NCBI GenBank assembly: GCA_963752505.1
Contig: CAVVYM010000008.1
Coordinates: 65,720 to 129,719, forward strand
Reading direction: 5' to 3'
DNA from: an uncultured Actinomycetes bacterium
GTDB taxonomy: Bacteria; Actinomycetota; Actinomycetes; S36-B12; UBA10799
Length of the DNA: 64,000 nt
Below, in pieces: positions 23,546 to 33,404 of this stretch (position 1 is its first letter; each line of letters opens with the position of its first letter). The position numbers were made by a program, and so were the translations under genes. The notes under the pieces were generated by a model, which was not told where the DNA came from, searched no databases, and saw only the letters and a program-made list of their open reading frames with translations.

Positions 23546-24448
23546 CTAGCCTGAACGTATCTGCACCAGGGGTGCAACGTCGGGACGCGCCGTCCACTCC
23601 GCCAGCAGATGCGGAGGCAAATCCGCGGCGATGAAAGCAACCGCCCGCTCGGCGGAGGACCGGTGACGTTGGGCGACCGGCGGATCGTCGCGCAACCAAT
23701 CGGCCAACAGACCGCGGGTCACCCACACCAGCGGCCACGCGCCCAGCAATTCGGCGAGCATCGCCGCGCGGCCTAGCGTCGCCACGGCCTGCGCTTCGCC
23801 GGCGGGGTACTGGGCCACCGCCAGGAAGGACAGTCCCTTGGCAACGTGGCGTGGCGCTCCGAGGTGCTCGGCCTCGGCCACCGATCGCTGCAACGCGACC
23901 ACCGCGTCGCCTGGCAGGTCCCACGTCAGCGCGACCTCAGCCTGCACCCAGCCGAGTCGGATCCGCTCGCGCCACCAAGGCGGGGACGCGGAGCACAACT
24001 GCGCGGCACGCGTGACGTAGTCGCGAGCCAGTTGACGGTCGTGCCTGCCCACTGCGTCGGCGGCCAGTCCGAGGGTGGACGTGAACGCCATCACCGGATC
24101 GTCAACGGCAACCTGGCCCGCCCACTGATCGAATCCGCGCGCCTCGGAGAACCGGCCGATCTGGCGATGAATCGCGGCGAGCGCACATGCTGCCTGGGCC
24201 GCGTAGTGGCGATGCGTGGCGTCGGCCGATTCGGGCAACGCCAGCAGCGGCTCAAGAGTGGCGGCAGCGGAACCGAACAGCCCGCTCGCCCCTTGGCAGA
24301 CACCGAGCAGCCACCGCGCGCGCAGCGCGAGGGCGGGGTCATCCGTCGACGGCTGCGACAACCATGCCGTCAGGGGTGCGATGCCGTCCCCGGGTCGGCC
24401 ATGAAAGGCCGCGCGCTCGCCTTCCTGGATTCCGTGCGCATCAGCCAC
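23546..24448 (-). CDS. hypothetical all-alpha, TPR-like repeat protein
   Basis: 300 aa, Ala/Leu-rich, with helix-hairpin-like repeats (HYAAQAACALAAIHRQIGRFSEARGFDQWAG...). I recognise no catalytic motif. It starts 10 nt after the stop of the upstream MerR gene and ends 42 nt before the response regulator start. Confidence 0.5.
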   Translation of the reverse strand: MADAHGIQEGERAAFHGRPGDGIAPLTAWLSQPSTDDPALALRARWLLGVCQGASGLFGSAAATLEPLLALPESADATHRHYAAQAACALAAIHRQIGRFSEARGFDQWAGQVAVDDPVMAFTSTLGLAADAVGRHDRQLARDYVTRAAQLCSASPPWWRERIRLGWVQAEVALTWDLPGDAVVALQRSVAEAEHLGAPRHVAKGLSFLAVAQYPAGEAQAVATLGRAAMLAELLGAWPLVWVTRGLLADWLRDDPPVAQRHRSSAERAVAFIAADLPPHLLAEWTARPDVAPLVQIRSG

Positions 24449-24458
24449 GCCGGGAATG

Positions 24459-25421
24459 CTACGCCGCGCGCAGCAGTCTCGTCACCGCACTGGCAAGGTC
24501 GGCCACGTAGACGGTGCAATCCGGGGTCGGCCGAGGCCAGCCCGGACCGGCCAAAACCACCAGCGGTTCAGGTCGAATCTTTGGGATGTCCAGGGCCCGC
24601 GCATCCTTGATTGCCGGCAGGTAGGCCCACACGAATACGCTGCTCGGCCCGAGCCGACGAATCGCCGAGGCCAGGGCCGCGGCCGGGGTGCGGGGGCCCA
24701 GGATCCGGGTCTCGACGCCACGTTCGGCCAGCGCCGCCGCTACCGCGTAGATAGCCAAACAGTGATCCTCGTGGGGCGCACAGGCCAACAGTGCGGGCCG
24801 GGTGCTCCTCGGCGACTCCCGCGTGACCACCGCGCTGAGTTCCGTGGTCGCCACCTGGCTCAGCAGGTGTTCGACGTCGACTCCGGCACCGGTCCGTTCC
24901 CAGTGACTGCCCACCTGCACCAGCACTGGCCGCAGCACCTCGTCCCACGTCCACATGACGCCGCGCGTCTCCAGGCTGCGTCGTAGCAGGGAGGCTGCCG
25001 CCCGTCCGTCGAGTGCCATGGCTGAGGCCGCCAGCCCCCGCACGAGCGCGTCGCGATCGGGATACTCGACATCGGCGAAGGGCTCCATCACCTCGTCATT
25101 GCTGGCCACCGTCTCGGTGCCGTCCGGTTCCCATTCCCGCGCGGCTACGGCCGCGTCGGCCACCCGCACCCCTGAATGAACCAGCGCCTGCATGTGGAGC
25201 AGTCGAGCGAGGTCGACCGCCGAGTAGCGGCGGTGAGAGCCATCGGTGTGCCCACTGGGCCCGATGCCGTACCGGCGGTCCCACGTGCGCAGAGTCGACG
25301 GCGATACGCCGAGCCGACGTGCCACCGCTGCCACTGAAAGCCCCGGCACCTCCGGCGAGGAATTGTCAGGGCTCAGCGCAGTCACGCTGATAAGTGTGAA
25401 CCGAATCAGGGAATGCGCCAC
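24459..25421 (-). CDS. MerR-family regulator with CarH/LitR-type cobalamin-binding sensor domains
   Basis: N-terminal MerR HTH (LSVAAVARRLGVSPSTLRTWDRRYG...HRRYS). The helical bundle carries VQVGSHWERTGAGVDVEHLL, which is Wx9EH (W174, E184, H185). A Rossmann-like B12 domain follows (LLACAPHEDHCLAIYAVAAALAERGVETRILGP). Its His220 lies 35 residues after H185, the same spacing as H142 to H177 in T. thermophilus CarH. Confidence 0.8.
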   Translation of the reverse strand: MAHSLIRFTLISVTALSPDNSSPEVPGLSVAAVARRLGVSPSTLRTWDRRYGIGPSGHTDGSHRRYSAVDLARLLHMQALVHSGVRVADAAVAAREWEPDGTETVASNDEVMEPFADVEYPDRDALVRGLAASAMALDGRAAASLLRRSLETRGVMWTWDEVLRPVLVQVGSHWERTGAGVDVEHLLSQVATTELSAVVTRESPRSTRPALLACAPHEDHCLAIYAVAAALAERGVETRILGPRTPAAALASAIRRLGPSSVFVWAYLPAIKDARALDIPKIRPEPLVVLAGPGWPRPTPDCTVYVADLASAVTRLLRAA

Positions 25422-25531
25422 TCGACCCGCCGCAAGTCCCCCTCAACTGCCCTCAAAATTGTTCGCTCCACCCCCTTGCGCAACGTTTGCAACGATTGAT
25501 ACTGTGATCACACCTACTCAGGAGGTGCGAA

Positions 25532-25825
25532 ATGGCAGATATCTCTCGGCTCCCCGGGCCAAACGCGGACAGGTGGGACTGGCAAATGCAGGGCGCCTGT
25601 CGCGGCGAAGACCCCAACCTGTTCTTCCACCCCGAGGGCGAGCGAGGCTCCGCCCGCGAGGCACGCGAAGTGGCGGCGAAGGCCATCTGCGCCCAATGCC
25701 CGGTGCTTCGCGAATGCGCCGAACATGCGCTTGCAGTCCGCGAACCCTACGGCGTGTGGGGCGGCATGAGCGAGGACGAGCGCGAACGCATTTGGAGTTC
25801 ACGCCGACTCCGTCGCGCGAGCTAG
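25532..25825 (+). CDS. whiD: WhiB-family Fe-S transcription factor (WhiD/WhiB3 type)
   Basis: 97 aa (MADISRLPGPNADRWDWQMQGACRG...FFHPEGERG...CAQCPVLRECAEHALAVREPYGVWGG). It has the four Cys, the GVWGG turn and a basic tail. AGGAGG lies 7 nt before the ATG. Confidence 0.93.
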   Translation: MADISRLPGPNADRWDWQMQGACRGEDPNLFFHPEGERGSAREAREVAAKAICAQCPVLRECAEHALAVREPYGVWGGMSEDERERIWSSRRLRRAS

Positions 25826-25874
25826 AGGCGCACTCGGCGACGTCCCCTCGGACGGACTCGCCGACTCGACGATC

Positions 25875-25908
25875 AAGGGCCCATCCCGCATACGCGGGAT
25901 GGGCCCTT
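25875..25908. terminator. bidirectional hairpin terminator between convergent whiD and groEL
   Basis: Perfect 15-bp stem AAGGGCCCATCCCGC / GCGGGATGGGCCCTT with an ATAC loop. A second 7-bp hairpin (CGTGGAG...CTCCACG) lies at 25916-25938. Confidence 0.7.
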
Positions 25909-25951
25909 GCGCTGTCGTGGAGCCTCGTATCCTCCACGGCGGTCACTTCGG

Positions 25952-27601
<1,650 letters not shown>

Positions 27602-27615
27602 TCATTCGCGCACAA

Positions 27616-27658
27616 CGCCCCGGGTACAGCGCGGTTGACGTGTGCTGGACCCGGGGCG
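27616..27658 (-). other. groES-groEL intercistronic stem-loop
   Basis: A 10-bp perfect inverted repeat CGCCCCGGGT / ACCCGGGGCG around a 23-nt loop, inside the 91-nt spacer between the groES stop and the groEL start. Confidence 0.5.
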
Positions 27659-27674
27659 TGGCGCGTGCTGGGAA

Positions 27675-27974
27675 TTACTTTTCGACGATGGCGAGTACGT
27701 CGCGGGCCGAGAGGATGAGGTACTCCTCACCCTGGTACTTGATCTCGGTGCCGCCGTACTTGGAGTACACGACGACATCTCCGACGCTAACGTCCATCGG
27801 GACGCGCTCGTCGCCGTCCTCGTTGAAGCGACCGGGGCCGACAGCGAGGACCTTGCCCTCCTGCGGCTTCTCCTTGGCGGTGTCCGGGATAACCAGTCCC
27901 GACTGAGTCTTCTGCTCTGCGTCGAGCTGTTGCACGAGGATCCGGTCCTCGAGCGGCTTGATGGCGACCGACAC
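27675..27974 (-). CDS. groES: co-chaperonin GroES
   Basis: 99 aa ([49 protein letters not shown]...). Confidence 0.97.
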   Translation of the reverse strand: MSVAIKPLEDRILVQQLDAEQKTQSGLVIPDTAKEKPQEGKVLAVGPGRFNEDGDERVPMDVSVGDVVVYSKYGGTEIKYQGEEYLILSARDVLAIVEK

Positions 27975-28052
27975 GGTCTAACCTCCATAGTGGGCGTGGA
28001 TACGTATGGTGGTGGAATGCCAACCGCCGTCGCGGTGCGGGTGACGCTTCCG

Positions 28053-28079
28053 CTGGCACTCACAACAGCTGAGTGCCAG
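28053..28079 (-). promoter_or_regulatory. CIRCE-like HrcA operator 1
   Basis: CTGGCACTC-N9-GAGTGCCAG, a perfect inverted repeat matching the core of the CIRCE consensus TTAGCACTC-N9-GAGTGCTAA. It lies 79 nt upstream of the groES start. Confidence 0.85.
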
Positions 28080-28087
28080 CGCCTACG

Positions 28088-28114
28088 TTAGCACTCACCT
28101 GCCGGGAGTGCCAG
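28088..28114 (-). promoter_or_regulatory. CIRCE-like HrcA operator 2
   Basis: TTAGCACTC-N9-GAGTGCCAG. The left arm is identical to the CIRCE consensus. It sits 8 nt upstream of operator 1. Confidence 0.85.
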
Positions 28115-28195
28115 TAGGCGGGGTCGATTGTGACGATCGATGCCGGCCGCCCGAATCGCCCCGCGCGCGAGCCGGCCGCGAGTAGCGTGGCACCC

Positions 28196-29503
28196 ATGGA
28201 GGTGTCCCCCGCACAGTTGGACACAGCCCTCGGTCGTGCCGTGACCGACGCCGCACAAGGGCTTGATCCACTCGCGGCTCGCGCACGGCTGAAGCGCCGC
28301 TTCCCCGACGCGACCGACGAACTGATCCGCGCGGCGACGCTCCAGGCGGAGTTGGTCGAGCGGGCTCAGCCGCGGTTCGGTGCCATGGCTGGTGGCATCC
28401 TGTGGTCACCCGACGGGCTGGAGCAGGCATCGCGGCCGGGGGTGGCCGCGTACCGCGCTCGGCGGCTGGCGGATGCCGGGGTGACCAGCGCCGCCGACCT
28501 CACCTGCGGACTCGGAATCGACGCGCTCGCAATGGCCGCGGCGGGTATCACGGTGCTCGCCGTCGAGCAGGATCCCGCCACGGCGGCGCTGGCGGCGGCC
28601 AACGTACGCCGACGAGGAGGTGGCCGAGTCGAGATACGCGTAGGGTCCTGCACCGATCCCAGCATGCTGGCCGGAGTCGCCGACCTTGACGCGTGGTTCG
28701 TCGACCCGTCCCGCCGAGCCGCCTCGCGTGGCCCCGACGGACGGCATCTGCGTCTCGACGACCCGCAGCAGTGGTCACCGCCGTGGCCGTGGGTGGTCGC
28801 CCAGGCGGGGAATCCACGCGTGCTCATGGCCAAAGCCGCACCTGGGTTGCCGCATGGCGCGATCAAGCAGGCCCCCGGCTGCGTGGTGGATGCCGAGTGG
28901 GTGTCGCACGAGGGTGTCCTGCTGGAAACCTGCGTGACCTGGTGGCGCGCCGAATCATCAGCAACCTCGACACCGCACGGCTCCGAGAGCCCCCGCCGAT
29001 CGGCCGTCATCCTGGATGCCACGGGCACCGCCTTGGTGCGCGTTGCTGCCCGCGCACCAACGACATCAGGCACCCAACCAGACCCCGGCCGGCGTGGCAT
29101 CCAGTCGCAGGTCCCGCGACCCGGGGAGTACCTGCTCGACCCCGATCCAGCGGTCGTTCGGGCCGGGGTGGTGACCGAACTGGCCGACCTCCTCGGGGCG
29201 CGCCTCGTCGACCCGCATCTGGCCTACGTGACGGCCGTAGAACCGCTGCCACCTGAGCTTCGTCCGGTGGGCCGGAGTTGGCGCATCCTCGACGCCGGCG
29301 CCTACGACCGGAAGCGCCTGCGGGCTGCGTGTGCCGAGCACGCGATCGGTCAGGTCGAGGTCACGGGCCGAGGACGGAGTCTGGATCCCGCCAAAGTCCG
29401 ACGTGACCTCAAACTCCGCACCGGTGGCAGGCGCGGGGTGCTCGTCGTGATGGGCATGGGCGACGCGCGGGCCACGGTCGTCTTCCTGTGCGAACCCGCC
29501 TGA
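28196..29503 (+). CDS. class I SAM-dependent methyltransferase with C-terminal THUMP-like domain
   Basis: 435 aa from the ATG at 28196. SAM motif I reads ADLTCGLGIDALAMAAAGITVLAVEQD, with an acidic motif II and a long C-terminal domain. It is divergent from groES. An alternative GTG lies at 28130. Confidence 0.68.
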   Translation: MEVSPAQLDTALGRAVTDAAQGLDPLAARARLKRRFPDATDELIRAATLQAELVERAQPRFGAMAGGILWSPDGLEQASRPGVAAYRARRLADAGVTSAADLTCGLGIDALAMAAAGITVLAVEQDPATAALAAANVRRRGGGRVEIRVGSCTDPSMLAGVADLDAWFVDPSRRAASRGPDGRHLRLDDPQQWSPPWPWVVAQAGNPRVLMAKAAPGLPHGAIKQAPGCVVDAEWVSHEGVLLETCVTWWRAESSATSTPHGSESPRRSAVILDATGTALVRVAARAPTTSGTQPDPGRRGIQSQVPRPGEYLLDPDPAVVRAGVVTELADLLGARLVDPHLAYVTAVEPLPPELRPVGRSWRILDAGAYDRKRLRAACAEHAIGQVEVTGRGRSLDPAKVRRDLKLRTGGRRGVLVVMGMGDARATVVFLCEPA

Positions 29504-29546
29504 GAACCGGCTGCCCACATCAGGCCGCACGCAGGACGGCTCATCA

Positions 29547-30599
29547 CTACCCCACCGACACCTCGGTGACCGGCGCCGATGAGTCCACCGCAATTCCCAA
29601 CGGAGATGGCGAGACACCAGCCTCCACCATCGCCGATCCCAGCGCGGCCACCATCGCGCCATTGTCCGTACACAACCCCGGCCGCGGGATGCGCAACCCG
29701 ATTCCGGCCGCTGCCGACCGTTGCGCTGCCAGCGCCCGCAGGCGCGAGTTGGCCGCCACGCCGCCCCCGATCAGGAGGTGCTCGACGCCGGTGTCCCGGC
29801 AGGCAGCGAGGGCCTTCGTGACGAGCACGTCCACGACGGCCTCCTGGAACGAGGCCGCGACGTCGGCTACGTCAACCGCTTGCCCGGCGGCCTCGCGAGC
29901 CTGCACCCACCTGGCCACAGACGTCTTCAGCCCAGAGAACGAGAAGTCGTGCCGGTGCCGCACGAGGTCCTTTGGCAGCGACAGTCCCCGCGGAAACCGA
30001 ATGGCTGCCGAATCGCCGTCGCGAGCCACGCGATCCACGTGCGGGCCTCCGGGGAAGGGCAGTCCCAGCAGGCGCGCAACCTTGTCGAATGCCTCTCCCG
30101 CCGCATCGTCGAGCGTGCTTCCGAGCGGTTCCACGTCGGCGGTGACATCATCCACCAGCAGCAGGCTGGTGTGGCCGCCAGAGACCAGCAACGCGATCGC
30201 CGGCTGCGGCAGTGGGCCGTGCTCCAGCCGATCGACCGCCACGTGGGCGGCGAGGTGGTTCACTCCGAATAGCGGCTTGTCCAGCGACCAGGCCAGTGCC
30301 TGCGCCGCCGAGGCCCCGACCAGCAGCGCGCCAGCCAGCCCCGGCCCAGCCGTCACCGCAACCGCATCGACATCGGTCAGCGCCACGCCGGCCTCGATAC
30401 AGGCGCGATCAAGCGTGGGCACCATGGCGGCGACATGCGCTCTGCTCGCGATCTCTGGCACCACTCCGCCGAATCGAGCGTGTTCATCGACCGACGACGC
30501 CACCGCGTCGGCCAGGAGTGTGGTGCCGCGCACCAACCCCACCCCGGTTTCATCACAGGACGTTTCGATGCCCAGCACCAGTGGCTCGTCAGCGGTCAT
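29547..30599 (-). CDS. tsaD: tRNA N6-adenosine threonylcarbamoyltransferase
   Basis: 350 aa from the ATG at 30599 ([17 protein letters not shown]...VSGGHT...). ATGA overlap with the rimI stop. The first 69 codons of the track ORF were trimmed. Confidence 0.95.
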   Translation of the reverse strand: MTADEPLVLGIETSCDETGVGLVRGTTLLADAVASSVDEHARFGGVVPEIASRAHVAAMVPTLDRACIEAGVALTDVDAVAVTAGPGLAGALLVGASAAQALAWSLDKPLFGVNHLAAHVAVDRLEHGPLPQPAIALLVSGGHTSLLLVDDVTADVEPLGSTLDDAAGEAFDKVARLLGLPFPGGPHVDRVARDGDSAAIRFPRGLSLPKDLVRHRHDFSFSGLKTSVARWVQAREAAGQAVDVADVAASFQEAVVDVLVTKALAACRDTGVEHLLIGGGVAANSRLRALAAQRSAAAGIGLRIPRPGLCTDNGAMVAALGSAMVEAGVSPSPLGIAVDSSAPVTEVSVG

Positions 30600-31081
30600 G
30601 TCTCCTGCTCCCCGGGAAGTCGAGCTCGCATCACGTGGGCGTGAATGCCGGCACCGTAGTAGTCCCTCCTGAGGTCGATGCGGGCGAATCCGAAGCGCTC
30701 GTACAGGTGCTGCGCGGGATTGTCGGAACGTACCTCGAGGAACATGGTGCGCGCGCCCGCCGCAGCCGCGGCGGCCATGGCGGCGGTCAGCATCATGGCA
30801 CCCCAACCGCGCCCGGCCAGTTCAGGTGCCACCACGATTGTCATGAGGTCCGCGTCCCGGCCGGCAACAGCAACATCGACGTAGCCGTGGACCGTGAGGG
30901 TGGTCGAATCCACCAACGCCCGTAGCCACCTGCCGTCGGCCGCAAGCTCAGCGTAGAACTGGCCCAAGGTCCAGGCGGTAGGGCCGAATGTGCGTTGCTC
31001 CAGCTCCACTACGGAGTCAAGGTGCCACCACCGCAGCGGTTGGAGCGCGACCGTCACCTGTGTTGGCCCAGAACCAGTCAT
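30596..31081 (-). CDS. rimI: ribosomal-protein-alanine N-acetyltransferase (GNAT)
   Basis: 161 aa with the GNAT core [20 protein letters not shown]...[19 protein letters not shown]. The position between tsaB and tsaD is canonical. Confidence 0.85.
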   Translation of the reverse strand: MTGSGPTQVTVALQPLRWWHLDSVVELEQRTFGPTAWTLGQFYAELAADGRWLRALVDSTTLTVHGYVDVAVAGRDADLMTIVVAPELAGRGWGAMMLTAAMAAAAAAGARTMFLEVRSDNPAQHLYERFGFARIDLRRDYYGAGIHAHVMRARLPGEQET

Positions 31082-31803
31082 CGGGTGCCCGGTTCAGCAG
31101 CGTCCGGCCGACGCAAGTACAGCGGTTCCGGCCGTAGGAAACCGACCGGCACGCCTGGTCCCGACTCACCGTCAGCCGTCGAGTCGCCCCAGCGTCTGGG
31201 CACCTGCCCGAGTTCAGTCGTCCCCAGTGGCCACCGGGTCGCAACCAGGTGGGCGAGTTGGCGAGCATCCGGCTGGGCAGGGTAAGAAGCCACGCCAGCG
31301 ACAGCATCGAGCAGACCCGGCGGGGCGAACCAGGGGTCGGCGGGCCAGCGCTGCCCGGCGACGGCGGGAGACAGCACCAGCGGACCGGAGATTCGACGCC
31401 CTGCCGCGTCGTAGCGAGCTAGATAGACCTCGCGTCGGCGGGCATCGGTGGCGACCAGGAACGTATCGACTCCGGTCGGAAGCCCGGCGCGCACAACCGC
31501 CGTCGCGATGAAGTCATGCGTGCACATTCCCACCACCGGCAGGCCAAGTGCGAACCCGACCGTCGTGGCATACATGATCCCCACGCGCAGGCTGGTGTAG
31601 GGCCCTGGGCCGACGCCGACTGCCACCCCGTCCAGCTCTGCCGGACCCAGTCCGCTCTCCTCGAGAATCGACGCCACCGCCGGTGCCAACGACGCCCCCG
31701 TACGCCGACCCGCGGCAATCGCGACGCCGCGCAGCTGCCCATCGCTGCTCAACGCCACCGTCAACTGCGGCGTGGAGGTGTCGAGGGCGAGAATGACCGG
31801 CAT
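31078..31803 (-). CDS. tsaB: tRNA t6A biosynthesis protein TsaB
   Basis: 241 aa (MPVILALDTSTPQLTVAL...GVGPGPYTSLRVG...). ATGA overlap with the rimI start. Confidence 0.88.
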   Translation of the reverse strand: MPVILALDTSTPQLTVALSSDGQLRGVAIAAGRRTGASLAPAVASILEESGLGPAELDGVAVGVGPGPYTSLRVGIMYATTVGFALGLPVVGMCTHDFIATAVVRAGLPTGVDTFLVATDARRREVYLARYDAAGRRISGPLVLSPAVAGQRWPADPWFAPPGLLDAVAGVASYPAQPDARQLAHLVATRWPLGTTELGQVPRRWGDSTADGESGPGVPVGFLRPEPLYLRRPDAAEPGTR

Positions 31804-31812
31804 TCGACCAGG

Positions 31813-32280
31813 CTAGGCGAGGAGTTCTTCAATGTTCGCATTCGCCCACCGGGGTCCAACCGCCACAACGGACAAAAGTCGCTGCTGGCCGGCCTCACCC
31901 CCCGCGATCAACTCGATCTCCAGCCGATCGGTCGCCAACTGTTCGGCGCGCGACTTTCCCCACTCCACTACGGTGACCGACTCGGCGACGTCAGCGTCGA
32001 GGTCCAAATCATCAACGTCCGCAGCAGATGCCAGGCGGTAGGCATCGACGTGGAGCAAATCGGGTCCGCCCACCTGCGAGGGGTGGAGTCTGGCGATCAC
32101 GAAGGTCGGCGACGCCACCGGTCCGCGCACCCCCAGTCCGCGGCCCAAGCCCCGGGTGAACGTCGTCTTTCCGGCACCCAGCGGACCGGTGAGAATCACC
32201 AGATCCCCCGCCCTGAGAACAGCTGCGAGGGCATGACCGGCGGCCTCCGTGGCCGCTTCATCGGCGAGTACGACCGTCAC
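31813..32280 (-). CDS. tsaE: tRNA t6A biosynthesis ATPase TsaE
   Basis: 155 aa with the Walker A GPLGAGKTTFTRGL and the SPTF and HVDAYRL motifs. The GTG start overlaps the upstream stop as GTGA. Confidence 0.9.
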   Translation of the reverse strand: MTVVLADEAATEAAGHALAAVLRAGDLVILTGPLGAGKTTFTRGLGRGLGVRGPVASPTFVIARLHPSQVGGPDLLHVDAYRLASAADVDDLDLDADVAESVTVVEWGKSRAEQLATDRLEIELIAGGEAGQQRLLSVVAVGPRWANANIEELLA

Positions 32281-33404
32281 ATCGACGAGTCCTCGGCAAC
32301 CGACCCGAGCGATTCGCTCGGGCGAACCTGCTTGCCGCCCGCAACCTGATCCACCGACCGCTCCGACCGGCGGAAGAGGTCGAGCAACTCCCGGTTGACG
32401 TCCTCGGGGCGTTCGACCATGAGCATGTGTCCGGTTTCGGGCAGCAGCACGAGTTCTGCGTGGGCCACGCGCTTCACGATCTCGTAGGAATGGTGGGGCG
32501 GCGTCATGAGGTCGGACGTTCCGACCATCACCAGCACCTCGATCCCCGCCAGAGCGCCGAGCGCCTCATTCTTATCGTGGGTTGTGAAGGTCGGGAGGAA
32601 TTCGCCGACCACCTCGACTGGTGTGGCATTGATCATGTCGAAGGTGAACTCGGCGACCTCGACTGGAACGCTGGATCCGAAGCTGTAGCGATGCATGATC
32701 ACCTTGCTCAGGTCACTGGCGCGCTCCCGCGTTGCCTCGATCAGCGGTCCACGCGCCACCAGTTGCGGAGCAACGACCGGAGTGAGTCGATTCGCAGCCC
32801 GCGCGAGCGGAGCGGGGAGTCCGAGCGGAACGTCCATGATTCCGGCAGCGCTGGTACCCAGCAGCGCCACACCCACCGCGCGCTGTCGAATGAGTTCCGG
32901 GTAGTGGGCGGCCAGTGACATCACCGTCATGCCACCCATCGAGTGCCCCACCAGTAGCAACGGACCCTCGGGAACGACATCGCTGATCACGCGGTACAGG
33001 TCGTGCCCCAACTGGTCGATCGTGTGGCTCCCGGCGGGGCCGCGCTGAGAGCGGCCGTGGGCGCGCTGGTCCCAGAACACAAGCCGGCTGAATGGTCGCA
33101 TCGCTTCGCGCTGGAAGTGCCACGTGTCGTGGTTGAGGGTGTAGCCGTGGCTGAAGACGACGGTCGGGTGCCGCGCCGGGTCGAATCCTTCCGGAGTATC
33201 CACCTCGACGTGCAGTTCGACGCCGTCGGAGGACTCCACGATCACTCGCTCCCCCCGCAGCGAACCGAGGCGATCACGTAGCCATGGATCGGCCGTGAGC
33301 TTGCGGCGCACGAACTGTCGCTCCGCGAACACACCGGCTGTTGCGCCCGCGGCGAGAGCCGCCACCACGCCAGCCACCTTGACCGCAAGTGGTGCCTCAG
33401 CCAC
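32277..33404 (-). CDS. alpha/beta-fold hydrolase with N-terminal membrane anchor
   Basis: VVFSHGYTLNHDTWHFQ, the nucleophile elbow LVGHSMGGMTV, and a late ETGHM His. The GTG at 33404 is preceded by GAGGAGG and lies 2 nt after the alr stop. Longer track starts would overlap alr. Confidence 0.75.
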   Translation of the reverse strand: MAEAPLAVKVAGVVAALAAGATAGVFAERQFVRRKLTADPWLRDRLGSLRGERVIVESSDGVELHVEVDTPEGFDPARHPTVVFSHGYTLNHDTWHFQREAMRPFSRLVFWDQRAHGRSQRGPAGSHTIDQLGHDLYRVISDVVPEGPLLLVGHSMGGMTVMSLAAHYPELIRQRAVGVALLGTSAAGIMDVPLGLPAPLARAANRLTPVVAPQLVARGPLIEATRERASDLSKVIMHRYSFGSSVPVEVAEFTFDMINATPVEVVGEFLPTFTTHDKNEALGALAGIEVLVMVGTSDLMTPPHHSYEIVKRVAHAELVLLPETGHMLMVERPEDVNRELLDLFRRSERSVDQVAGGKQVRPSESLGSVAEDSSM

